From Malacoraja senta (taxonomy: Eukaryota): a stretch of DNA of 64,000 nucleotides. Below the pieces are notes generated by a model, which was not told the origin of the DNA, ran no database searches, and saw only the letters and a program-made list of their open reading frames with translations. Position 1 is the stretch's first letter. Each line of letters opens with the position of its first letter. The DNA is taken from assembly GCA_038087875.1 (NCBI GenBank), contig CM075980.1:17856001-17920000 (forward strand). Reading direction: 5' to 3'. This document shows, piece after piece, positions 26,070-38,393 of the stretch. Both the position numbers and the translations under genes were made by a program.

Positions 26070-26955
26070 CCCACCATTACATCTGGATCCTCCCTGCATC
26101 CCACCTGGACTGTTCTCCAACCATCATATCTGGACTCTCCACTTCTCTCCATTTTACCTAAACTATCCCTCTCCTCCCTCATCCCACTTGGACCTTCCCT
26201 CCATCACTAATCTGGAGCTTCCCTCACTCACCTAGACCCTCTGTCCATCACTCACCTGGACCCTCCCTCCTACATTCACCTGGACCCTCATTCTACTCCC
26301 TCCCCCTCACTTGGACCCTCCTTCCCCCTCACCTCTCTCCTTCCCCTCACTTACCTGGACGCTCCCTCCACCATCACTCACCTGGATTGTCCCTCTTCCA
26401 TCACTCACCTGGACTGTCCCTTTCCCTCCATCACTTATCTGGATTCTCACCTGGACCCTCTCCGCCCTCCCTTTCTCACTCACCTGGTCCATCCCTTTCC
26501 TCGTACCCCCTCACCTGCACCCTCCATCCTCCCTCACTCACCTAGACCCACCCTCTCCCTCCATCTCACCCGGACTGCCCCCTTAACACCCTCCTTCCAT
26601 CACTCACCTGGACCCTCCCTCCATCTCACCTGGTTCCTACCTCTCCATCCATCATTTAACTGGATGCTCCCCCTCCCTCCATCACTCACCTGGTGCATCC
26701 ATCACTCACCTGCTCTCTCCCTTCACTTACCAGGATCCTCCCTCCCCCTTATCTGGAATCTCCATCCTCCCTCTCCTCCCTCTGGACCCTCTTCTCCCTT
26801 CACTCACCTGGACCCTCACTCACCTGCCCCTCCATTCACCTGGAACCTCCATTACTCACCTGGACCCTCCATTACTCACCTGGACCCTCACTCACCTGCC
26901 CCCTCCATTACTCACCTGGTCCATCGCGCACCCCCCTTCCCCCTCCCTCACCTGC
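26070..26955. repeat. Degenerate pyrimidine-rich minisatellite (core CCATCACTCACCTGGACCCTC)
   Basis: Many imperfect 20-30 nt units seen directly. Confidence 0.85.
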
Positions 26956-26959
26956 TCCT

Positions 26960-27260
26960 CCTCCGTCGTCGCCCCTAGCAACCGGTGGGCGGGGCGAGCG
27001 GCGCGAACCGGAAGCCGCGCGGACCCACTTCCGCTGGCGGCGAGGCGGACATCTTGAAGCTGCGGTGGGACGAGCGGCTCTGGCTCTGGCACGGCCTGCG
27101 ACTGCTGTAATCCACAAGGCCGGCGGCCCGGGGTGAGTGCGCCTCCTCACCGGGCCGGAGCAGCGGCCTCGGCCGCTGTCAGAGCTGCACACCCGCCGTT
27201 TTGCCCTGCTCGCAGCCGGCAGCGGCTGTCAGTTAGATGTGGGCCCGCGGGGCAGCCCGG
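26960..27260 (+). promoter_or_regulatory. AP1B1 CpG-island promoter with X-box, GC box and paired ETS sites
   Basis: CpG-dense unique sequence: GTCGCCCCTAGCAAC (26968-26982), GGGCGGGGC (26987-26995), CCGGAAG (27008-27014), CACTTCCG (27026-27033). Confidence 0.8.
27030..27132 (+). other. AP1B1: AP1B1 non-coding exon 1 (5' end approximate)
   Basis: GG|GTGAGT donor at 27133 inside the CpG island, 3 kb upstream of the ATG exon. Confidence 0.7.
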
Positions 27261-27264
27261 GGTG

Positions 27265-27860
27265 CAGAGGGAGAGAGGGATTAGAAGGGGAAGGGAAGGA
27301 GAGGAAGGGAAGGAGAAGGTATTGGGAATGAGGAGGGGAAGGGGTTGGGAATGAGTGGGGGGGGGGTAGGGATGAGGGAGAGCAGAGTAGAAGGGGAATG
27401 GAGATATGTGGGAGGAAGAGAACGGGTCAGGATATCCGGGGAATAGAGGAGGGGGAGCTAGGGTAGGAGGAGGAATGGGTGGGGGAGATAAGAGGGAGAA
27501 GGAGGTTGGGGTGTGGATGAGGAAGAGGAGGGGGGGAGTGGGGAGGGTGAGAAGGGCAAATGAGGGTTAGGGGGTGAGGAGGAGTGAGATGAAAGAGGAT
27601 CAGGGGAATGGGAGAGGGGTGTATGAGAATGAGATTCGTGCCTTAGGGTGAGGGGGAGTCATGTCGGGGGATGTGAGGGAGAGTGATAACCGAGGATATG
27701 GGTGGAGAGGTTGAGGGGAGGGAAGCAGAAGGTACTAGTAAAGCAGGGGGAAGGTGATGGGATGTGTGTGGTGATGGAGGTTAATTGGAGCGTCTGAATG
27801 CTCTGACGAAGGGGGAGAGGAGTATTTGAGAGTGCTGTCAGAAGTGGGGGTGGTCAAGGC
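27265..27860 (+). repeat. G/A-rich low-complexity tract at the start of AP1B1 intron 1
   Basis: Dense GGG/GGA runs, almost no C. Confidence 0.8.
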
Positions 27861-29739
27861 ATTTGACACAGCTCTGCTGTCATTGTCAAGAAAGGTTCTG
27901 TAGTTTTGTTAAGAATAGCTTTGCTGTTACTGAGTGAAGACTGCTTAGTTTACAGCGTATTTAAGTATATGCTGCTTGTTCTTTCATTCAAAATATATGA
28001 GGCACTCTGCACCCATTTTAAAGGTGCATTAAAGTCCCCCTACTTGATAGCCATAACATCTCGGAATAAAACCTGCTGTTACATTAACTATATAGACATT
28101 TCTCAGCTTCTCATTGAAAGAGTGGTTGTGAATTGCTGCCTTGTCGGCAAAGTGCATAGAAAGTTCATAGCTCATTGATTCGTGGGGGTTGGCTTGTAGG
28201 ATAAATGTTGATAGTCGGCGATTAATTGGCTCTTTAACACCTCAATTCAACCGATTCAGGCACAGATATATGTACACATGTGTGTGCACAAGCTCTATTT
28301 CTCCTGTCTGAGTAGTCACACACAATTTATAGTCCACTGACCCTGCATTAGTATCAGATATTTGATTCGATTGGTGTTCATAGTGTTACTCCATTTTCTG
28401 CCTTTTTTCTTGGCAACGCCTTTTGCTTCGCTTTCAGAAAACCTCGAAATCTTTGTACTTTTTAAAAAAACGACCATAAATTTGAATGGCTGTCGAGCAC
28501 GCTAAGATTCTAAGATGAGCGATTATTTGATTATGATGATGATGATTGAAAAGTACAAAAAATTTGTAGATTGCAAAAGAAGTTTCATACAATGATATAA
28601 TCAGCTACTCATTGAAAGCACTGGGAAAGGCATGTTGGCTACATACAGGATGAATTCTATATGAGTACAACATTCGTTGCATAGAAGGACCTCATTCAGC
28701 CTGAGTGCATTTATATTGTGAATGCTGCTTCTGACCCTTTTCGTAACTTCACCTCACTCCTTGAAAATAAACTATTATTTTCAACCTTATGCAATGATCT
28801 GCAATTCTATATACACTTCAGCTTCTCAGCTGTATTAAGTTATCATTCCTGAAATTTTGTTTGAATATATTAATGACTGCCAGGATTTTGAGCTTTTTCT
28901 TGAGTGCAAGCATAAAGTTAGTTTTATAAGTTTATTTATTGTCACGTGTACAGAGATACAGTGAAATTATTGTTCTGCTTACTCTCCAGTCAAATTATAC
29001 TATACATAGTACAATAGATCCTCTTCTGAAACAGCATGCAGTCGCCACGCACTGACACCATCTAGCATCTTCCAAGTCTCTGAAAAGTCCGATCCTGACC
29101 TAATTTCTTATTTTATGCCCTGGTGTCCAGGCAGCACTGAATTGTTGAAGTAAAGGTTGTCCTGGCCCACTGCAATGCTTCAATCTTTGTCATTAAATTA
29201 TTCCATAATTTTGCGATGATTTTAATTTCTCAGTTCAGAAGTCTTTAATTATAGTTGTCTTGCATCAGTTTATGCTGATACCTTCAGGTCTGCAGCACAT
29301 TCCCTTTGGGGTAATCTGTTATCTAAATCTACATACATTTGTTTTCTAACTGACATTTTATCCAGTTGTAATTGTTGCCCCGATGCAAGTATCTCACTTT
29401 TCATCCTTCCTCTTCTAAATATAGAATTTTTAATTAAAAGCCTTTTTATACACTGATGTCTCATTACTTTGTGCAAGTCATTGTTTGCAATTCCTTTGGA
29501 TATTTTGGACATTGGTCTGTGAACAAGTTTATTTTTGATTAAATTATTCCTTTCAATAAATTAATTTATGTTGATATGCTGTGAACTTGTATTCTCTGGC
29601 TACCTTTTTATTTAACTTTAAGATATCTGCTATTTTTACTCAATCTCTCTGCTCTTTCATTTGAAATTCTAGCCACAGCTTTATCCATTTTATCTCTAGT
29701 AAGATGGTCCGATTCCATCCCAATGATGCAGATCGTTTA

Positions 29740-29788
29740 TAATAATAGATTTTATTTATATAGCGCTTTTCAGGACTCAAAGTCGCTT
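29740..29788 (-). mobile_element. Isolated 3' tail (about 50 bp) of the same L2 family
   Basis: attttatttatatagcgcttttcaggactcaaagtcgctt is identical to 21061-21100. Confidence 0.8.
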
Positions 29789-30178
29789 GTTCTAGTCTGG
29801 TGGTATTCTGAATGTTCGTTCTGTTAACGTCATTTCTTAATACTGAATTCCTAACCCTTGATTCTCCCTAACCTTCTCCCTTCATTTGATCATGAAAAAC
29901 ACATCAACTCGATTTTTCCCCTTTCACTTGTATTACATTGAAAATGTTTCTGCTTTATAAATATTGATGTATGCATAATAAAACTAAATTGTTTATTATT
30001 AAAGAAATCCTTTAATTTTAAAAAGAGCTGGCAAGTTGCAGAACGAGTTTCACAATGGGTCATGCAGTTCAAAACTGATTAATCAGTAACCTTGTTTTCC
30101 TGTTTGGAATGCTCATTTTGCTGGTTCGGCAGAAAAAAAATAACTTTTCTCTTTCAGGAAACCTGTTCCAGGATCACC

Positions 30179-30215
30179 ATGACGGATTCTAAATATTTTA
30201 CGACTACTAAGAAAG
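30179..30215 (+). CDS. AP1B1: AP-1 complex subunit beta-1, exon 2 coding part (MTDSKYFTTTKKG); exon starts 30158
   Basis: CACCATGA start context; TTTKK is the beta-1 signature (beta-2 has TTNKK); G|gtaac donor. Confidence 0.95.
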
Positions 30216-31509
30216 GTAACGGCTTTTCTGTGTTTTTAGATTGTAACAACTGTAAAATATACAAAGAATTATAAGTAAACTAACAAAACCTTTCAAGTTA
30301 TTTACTGTGGTTGCTGCAAAAACAAATCTGCCTTGAAACTAATCATTCTATTATAGTTCTGTATGGTGCTGTTATTTATGACTTCTGAATATTTAGATTC
30401 CAATTTCTCTTGTGTCCCAATGCTCACTTGTACTTTATTTTGCAATGCTTCTCTCACTTAAGAACTGGCACGTTCTTTCTTGGAATGGGGTGATAAAAGT
30501 ACATGCCAGTTTTATGACTTTCCTCTCAGTTTCTGACTCGTTGGGATTCCTGCTGCTGGATATCCAGGTTCACTGGTAGACTGCAGCCCAGTAAGTCTGT
30601 TCTGCCGTTGATTTAGATTACGGCTGATCTCGTACTTCATTTCCAATATATTTTCTTGCTAGATCCCCCAACTCCCCTACTCAGCACAAATTCATATAAC
30701 TCAATCTGAAAAAGTTACCTTGAAAAGGCCTCGAGTGAGATAGTTTAACATTTTCAGTGCATTTCATGTTTAGTGCTTTCTAATTTCATTCTGATATGAC
30801 TGGGTTTAGATTTTAATATTCTGTCTCCATATTCTGAACTTTATTAATCAGATGAAAACACTCTGCATACATTATATTAAATTTCATTTTCAATTTATTC
30901 ACTTCAGTTATATTCGCTTTCAACTGTGAAAACCATTCATCTTTCTGCTTGTTATCTGGGTATAAGGTGCATGTGAAGCTTGCTCAAACATTGGCTCAAA
31001 AGTAACTTCAGTGACCTCTGATGTTTGTGAGTGCCAAGTTATTTTATCACATGCAGGTAGAGGAAATTAGTTGAATCTGGCATCATGTTCGGCATGGACC
31101 TCGTGGGCCAAAGGACCTGTTCCTGTGCTGTACAGTTCTGTTCTAAATATCTAAATCACTTGTATTTGCTATGGGAAGATAAGCACCATGCTCAGAATGC
31201 AAACCATTGTGAGAATTATTGGGCCATTGTTACATTTAAAATATAATTACTGAGCTGTCATTTTGAAAGCTTTAGAAAGCTATTTCTCCACCTGAATTAT
31301 AACATCTTAGTCTGTGACAAGCCTTAGATTTAAAATCTTTGGAAGTAACTATGTACTTTTGTACTGAATGGTACAAATTATTGTATGGTAATGCAATAAT
31401 TTCTTTGAGGCTGTGATAGCAAAATTAGGTTTTTACAAAGTGTTTTAGCAAAAATACAAAAAATAGATTTTATAAAATAATCCCAATATGCTGGCAATGT
31501 CCTAGCCTT

Positions 31510-31872
31510 ATGCCTCCTGGGGTTTTTGCAGACATTTTCAACCTCACACTACTGAGATCTGAGGTTCACACCCGCTTTAAGAGGGCATCAATAATACCGG
31601 TGCCCAAGAAGCGTAAGGTGACGTGCCTCAACAACTATCGACCAGTGGCACTAATGTCTGTGGTGATGAAGTGCTTTGAGACGTTGGTTATGGTGGATAT
31701 CAACTCCTATCTCAACAAGAACCTCGACCCACTACAGTTTGCCTACCGTCACAACAGGTCATTGGAGGATACGATCTCACTGGCTCTCCACTCTGCACTG
31801 GGCCACTTGGACAATAAAAACACTTACCATCTTGTTCTATCTGGAACATATGACAATAAGACACTCTTGACT
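31510..31872 (+). mobile_element. Rex1/Babar-like LINE RT fragment fused to a family 3' tail
   Basis: FADIFNL...IIPVPKK...NYRPVAL...LDPLQFAYRHNRS; tail tgacaataagacactcttgactc (reverse copy at 36626-36715). Confidence 0.8.
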
Positions 31873-32944
31873 CCTTTCACAGTTTTTTCTTCATTCAACC
31901 AAGAAGTGTGTGCATTGATGTTGTAGTTTAACTATAATTTGCACAGTTCTCACAAGGCCTTAATGTTCTTGTATTATGTGCCTTGGCTCAAAAAGAAGCT
32001 ATCAGGTAATAATTTTACACTTATTCTATTCACTCCATGAATCTTTGGACAGAACCAGGATTCTAAGAAATGCTACAATTTTTCTTCCCCAGATGCAGCA
32101 ATTTTCATCTTGAGTTGAATTTCATTTGGCCGTGGGTCATGTTCCCCAGACTATCAGCCAGTTTTATTTTTGCCATCCATTAATTATATCTCCTTATTTA
32201 AGACAGATTTGTTGATGTATGTGTGAGCAATAAATCCTGTTACACCCTTCTATAAACAGCCTTCCAATCCTTGCGTTAAACTTCATTGCACGAGTTGGAG
32301 GAGTGGCAGCAAAAAACGTTATCTTCCAAAGCAAAGGCATGTAGGAACTGTGGTTTTAGTTGTAAACAGCCCAAATGGTCAATAAGAACCTGGACAAAAA
32401 AGCAAACTACTGGAGGAACTCAGCAGTTGTGCAGCACCTGTGGGGTGAAAAGGAATTGTTGATGTTTCAGGTAGAGATCCTGCATCACAACTGACTTTTG
32501 CTAAAAATTCCAACATCTGCAGTCTTCTGTATTTCCAGATATTTGTTAGTTTTTCTTCGGAATGGATAATTGAGCCTATAGTTATATAGTATTTTATCTT
32601 GAATGTTGTAATATAGAGTTTGTCCAAGAATTTAATCCCAGTTGGTCCAAATTGAGGCAGAAGACTTCTGACACTTGCATCTGGAAAAGTAAGATCCCTC
32701 TAGTCCATCATGCATTGTATTGCAAATCTGATTCACTGATGCCTTAAATTTAAAATTGCCCATTTTAATATGACAACTGCTAAATTGTCATTAACTGGAG
32801 GAAATTATATTAAAATGATTTTAGGTGATGTGTATCCAGTAGTAATTTCAAATCTTGTCACAATACTTGGATTTTGTGAACACTAAATTATGAAATTCAA
32901 TGTTAATTCATGTAACTTGCTTGCATAAAGAAACTTGTATTTGG

Positions 32945-33060
32945 ATAGCGCCGCAAAGTGCTTTACAGCCAGTTTGATAGTACTTTTTGAAATGTAGTCA
33001 CAATTCAGATGGAAGAAATATGACAGACAACTTTTGCACAATATAATCCCACAAACATCC
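32945..33060 (-). mobile_element. DeuSINE (SacSINE1/AmnSINE-like) 3' fragment
   Basis: Minus strand tgtttgtgggat...gtgactacatttcaaaaagtac...ggctgtaaagcactttg resembles the recalled Deu-domain tail. Confidence 0.5.
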
Positions 33061-34790
33061 AATATAATTCCACAAAATGAGTAGATAAAATGATTCTCTA
33101 AATTAATGGTTGAAGGATAAATACTTATCAGGAAATAGTCATACAGCACAGAAACAGACCCTTCGACCCAACCTGTCCACGCCAACCAAGATGCCTCATC
33201 TACTCTCGTCCCACCTGCTCAGGTTTGGCCCATATCTCTCTAAACCTTTCCTATTCATCTTTGCTAATTTCATGGGTCTTTTATATCTGAGGGCATACAT
33301 ACTTACTGCTGCTGTTTGAATTCTAACACCACTTTTGGTATTAGATACAGACGTCTTTAATCACTCATCCTTTTTGGCCTGATATATTTCATGGATTGAT
33401 GTGTTATTTCTCTATATCCTTTTCACCAACATTAATATTCTGGTGTCGATGCAGCAAATTCGAATATCTTTTCATTAACACTATAAAGCGACGCTAGCAA
33501 GACTGTCAGAAAGAGAGTACATGGATTATCCTCGTGCAGTGAGCTGTTCATGGTCTGCTCATGCTCTAGTCTTACATATTGTAGTGCAGCCTTATTATAG
33601 CTCTTGAATGGCCGATGGGTGCAGAGGTGATTTAGGGCCATCTGTTGACCTACATCTTCAGAGTCAGTGTGTCTGTTGTTTCCTTTCTCTTTGACTGGTC
33701 ACAACTCTTGTTGTTTGCTGATGCTGTTCTTACAAGGATGGACAAGCTATTGGTAATTGTTGACTTATTGATGGATTTATAATTCTGCAATTATCGTTCA
33801 GCACTAGCTGCAGTTTGCTTTTGTGTGGGCAAAGCTCTCCCGTTTCAGTGAAACTTACTCGCCACTGCCTTTACTTCTCATTGTCTCATTTTAAGCCTTA
33901 CAATGTAGTCTGGATTTACTCTAGTCAAAATAGGAGTTTCCATGCCATGGCCTTGAGTCTTTCCAACTGCTGATACTATCACTTTTCACTGAGTAAGCCC
34001 AGCAATATTGTTAGAAAGGATATAGCTAACATTTCCATAATGCTGCTGTGACAATACTGAATTTCAGTGTATGGTGACTGGAGATAAGATTACTTCTTGG
34101 TTGTGGCACATTTTACATTGTAAAGTGCTCCATCAACTACACTTGCTCAGATAATAAAGTGCCCAACTTGACATGTTTTGCGTTTTTTTGTTTCCATAGA
34201 ATCTGTTAACTCCATTTGTTGTAAAAAATTGACTTCCCAAATTCTGTTCATGAGTTCCGTTGTGATAATATATTTTAATGTATTTAAACTAATCTTCCCT
34301 AACCAGATGTGAGGAGTATTCAGGAACACAGAAATTAAATGACAGTGTAAACTTGGCTTTTCATAATTAATTTGTTGGGTTTAACCACAGTGTATTTAAT
34401 ACTTTAAATTAGCAAATTCCAGTTTTACGAATGTTTTATTTATCCATGGGTTAGGTTTGTCTATTTTAATTTGGTTATGAACTTGAGCAGCATCGATCAT
34501 TTGTACGGTCTGTCTTATGGCTATGTTTGCATCTTATCTGCAGGCCTATGGTGTTCAAGGGCTTCAGTGTAAAACAATACATGTCATTTATTAATTTATA
34601 CAATGCCAAAGGCATGCATTAGAATTATAATGAGTCTCATTGGTGAAAGATTGAGAGAAATCTTTAAGTATAATCTAGTCACAAATTTGTGCTGTGCTTT
34701 GATGAAATCTTGTGCCATAATATTAACCTTTTGTATTGTTTGGTCCTCTCAAACATTATATTTGCAATTAATCAGTTCTCTCCATGACCT

Positions 34791-35060
34791 TCAGACTTTA
34801 GAGATACAGTGCAGAAATAGGCCCTTCGGCCCACCGAGTCCACGCTGAACCAGCGATCACCCCATATCCTACACACTAGGGACAATTTACATTTTTTACC
34901 AAAGCCAATTAACCTACAGACCTGTACATCTTTGGAGTGTGGGAGGAAACCGGAGACCCGGAGAAAACCCACTTGGTCACAGGGAGAACATACAAACACC
35001 GTACAGACACCACTCGTAGCCAGGTCTCTGGCGCTTTAAGGCAGCTACTCTACCACTGCA
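34791..35060 (-). mobile_element. HE1-like V-SINE
   Basis: Family match on the reverse strand. Confidence 0.75.
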
Positions 35061-36741
35061 TCATCTGTCTTGCAAGTGCTTTCTGGGTGCTCTGGGTGGT
35101 CCTTGTAAGGAGAAAAACATTTGGGTGGGAGGCCTGAAAAAATTATTCCTGCAGACACAATTATGGCAAGAACTCAATCTTTCATTCAATATATTAACAT
35201 GTCCATTTCAATTGGATAGTTTAGCTTGACGTGGCTTTTATATTTGAACGTCATAAAAAAACAAAAGTGTCTTTATTTATTTTCATAAATAATGTTGCAA
35301 TTTCTTCCCTATAGTCAATGTCTTAATTTGTTGCATTTCTTCAATACATCCTTGATTTGGTCATTCACGGGCTAAACCACTCCAAATCGTTCAGTGCTGA
35401 ATCTTTAATTGTTTTCTCCATTTTGCTTCTTGTATAATTTCCTTTTCCACAAGTGCCTATGTGGAGTTTATTCTGTTCCTCTGTTTTTATTTTTGAAAGA
35501 CCAAGTTCTTTAAATTCAAAATCTTCTCAATATTTAGCCCTGGCAGTCAATTATGGTGCTAAATTTGTAGAATACACAGATACGTCCTTCGTGAAGCAGA
35601 AGGCACCTTCGCCATCTATGGACTATTTGATATTATGGTTTTACTAGGATAACTACTACAGACACAATTTAGTCTATTCTAGTTGTCCAATTCCTGCAGG
35701 TCTGCGATTCCAGTGTGGAACCTCCCCTATGCAGAAGCAAAACAGCCGCATATTCTAGAAATCTGAAATAGAAAAGATAATGCTGGGAATAATGTTTCAA
35801 ACCGGCTGTTGACCTTTCATCAGAATAAGTTACAATCCATCATGCTTCTGGCTGTAAGCAAGTACAGTGTAGAGTAACTTGGTAGCGTTCTAACCGTTCC
35901 AATTCTGCTGAAGGGTCCACAATTGAAACACTTCAATTTAGCTCGACACGCATTGCGTGATATGAGTATTTCCAGCAATTTGTTTAAGTTCATCTCTGTC
36001 CATTGTATCAATTAAAGAAACCTTGATGCTGATGTTGATGCCTTTTTCATTATGGCATTTTGATCTAAGTATGATGCAGGCAAGCCCTGTGTTATGGCTG
36101 TATGTGTAATGAAAATTAGTTCTTACAGAATTCAGGAATCACTACCCAAAAATTTAAGATACAGAACAAAATTCACTGTGACAGATGATGTGGGTGTAAA
36201 AAGTAAATACATTCAATATTTTATTTTTCCAATTCTCTTGACACGTGCGGCGATGACGCGGCTTTGCGTATGGAAAGTCATGATATGGACCGTTTTTTAA
36301 GAACGTAATCTCTCCCTGCACTTCCCCCAACACTATCATGGGGACGTTTGCAACGGAAAATCTGTGTGGAATCAAAGATGGAATTTTTCATGGTGAATTG
36401 TAACAAACGCTTAGCAAATTTCTCAGAGAGACCATAAATATTTCCATTGGCTAACAGTAACACTCCAAATGGAAGTAAGCAAACATTCCAATGTGATGCA
36501 AATCATTCACTTCTGATGCCATGGTGAATTTTTGTGAACCATTGCTTGGAATTATAAAGTATATCTTTCTGAAAAACGGAAAGGCACCATTTCACTTTTC
36601 TCTTGGTAACTCTTCTGTTAAATCACATAGAGAGAGTAAAGAGAGTGTTTTATTGTCATATGTCCCAGATAGAACAATGAAATTCTTACTTGCAGCAGCA
36701 CAACCGAATATGTAAATAAAGCCATGTTCCGTCATCTACAG

Positions 36742-36847
36742 GAGAAATATTTGAACTCAAGGCAGAACTCAACAGTGACAAGAAGGAGAAAAAGAAAGAA
36801 GCAGTGAAGAAGGTGATTGCATCAATGACTGTTGGGAAAGATGTCAG
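36742..36847 (+). CDS. AP1B1: AP1B1 exon 3 ([35 protein letters not shown])
   Basis: 106 nt, AG/GT boundaries, frame continuous. Confidence 0.95.
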
Positions 36848-37204
36848 GTAAACACAATGTTATGATTTTTTAAAACAAATCAGCATTATACAACTGGGTG
36901 GGACAAAGTAGGTGTATATTGCAATTGTGCAATGGAAATATTTTTTTCACAGCCCTTATTACGTAAGCGAGAATGTTAACGGAATATTCTACATGTGCTT
37001 AATTTAACATCTCTTTGATTTGCAATAATTATAGTGTTATGATTATGATTGTTTTTGAATATACATCCAAAGGCACTAGTTTTTGTAAGGAGTCGAGGCT
37101 TAGCCAGCTGCCAATATTTTATTATTTTTGTTGGTGGAGCTTGTTCTTGTCCACCCACGTGACGTATTATTGCGCACCCACTGAACAGGACCTTAATATT
37201 CAGG

Positions 37205-37980
37205 GTAGACAAAATGCTGGAGTAACTCAGCAGGACAGGCAGCATCTCTGGAGAGAAGGAGTGGGTGATGTTTCGGGTCGAGACCTTCTTCAGACTGATG
37301 TCAGGGGAATGGGTAGGACAGAGATAGAATGTAGTCAGAGACAGTAAGAATGGTGGGAGAACTGGGAAGGGGGAGGGGATGGGGAGAGAGGGAAAGCAAG
37401 GGCTATTTGATGTTAGAGAAGTCAATGTTCATACTGCTGGGGTGTAAGTTACCCAAGCGAAATATGAGGTGCTGTTCCTCCAATTTGCTCTGGGCCTCAC
37501 TCTGACAATGGAGGAGGCCCTGGACAGAAATGTCAGATTGGGAATGGGAGGGGGAGTTAAAATGCTGAGCAACCGGGATATCAGGTAGGTTAAGGCGGAC
37601 TGAGCAGAGGTGTTCAGCGAAACGATCGCCGAGCCTGCGCTTGGTCTCGCCAATGTACAGAAGTTGACACCTGGAACAACGGATAGTTGAGGCTGGAGGA
37701 GGTGCAAGTGAACCTCTGCCTCACCTGAAAAGACTGTCGGGGTCCTTGGATGGAGTCGAGGGGCGAGGTAAAGGGACAGATGTTGCATCTCCTGCGGTTG
37801 CAGGGGAAAGTACCTGGGGAGGGGGTGGTTTAGGTGAGAAGGGACGAGTTGACCAGGGAGTTGCAAAGGGAACGGTCTCTGTGGAAAGCAGAAAGGGGTG
37901 GAGATGGGAAGATGTGGCCAGTAGTGGGATCCTGTTGGAGGTGGCGAAAGTGTTGGAGGATTATATGTTGTATGCGACGG
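37205..37980 (-). mobile_element. Penelope-like element 3' fragment: GIY-YIG endonuclease end plus pseudo-LTR
   Basis: Minus strand CSRCQLLYIGETKRRLGDRFAEHL...PVAQHFNS...MNIDFSNIK* (stop 37403-37405); 13-bp direct repeat CTTAATATT(C/T)AGG at 37192 and 37981. Confidence 0.88.
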
Positions 37981-38257
37981 CTTAATATTTAGGATCAGGG
38001 TGATTTGAGACAGATTTCTGACTTAGAACTGGATATGTATGTCTTCACTTGCCAAATTCTGAGCCATTAAGTACACTATGCTTTCCGATGTATAGATATT
38101 TCTCAGATAATTTCATGGTGGACAGTCTGAAAATGTATTCATATGGTGGTAGCTACAATGCAGGGATGTAGATTGTTCATTATTTCAATTCTATAGTTCA
38201 TTAGATAGTTTTCCTTGTTGTTGGTTTTTACTTTGTATTTTATTTTGTTCAATTTAG

Positions 38258-38393
38258 TGCACTCTTTCCTGATGTTGTCAACTGCATGCAGACAGACAAT
38301 TTGGAATTAAAGAAGTTGGTGTACCTCTATCTCATGAACTATGCAAAGAGCCAACCGGATATGGCAATAATGGCAGTCAACACTTTTGTTAAG
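38258..38393 (+). CDS. AP1B1: AP1B1 exon 4 ([45 protein letters not shown])
   Basis: 136 nt, AG/GT boundaries, Adaptin_N sequence. Confidence 0.95.

Noticed and set aside
26307-27354. Pro/Ser-rich and Arg/Gly-rich ORFs around the promoter
   Set aside because: By-products of the minisatellite and CpG island lacking stop codons.
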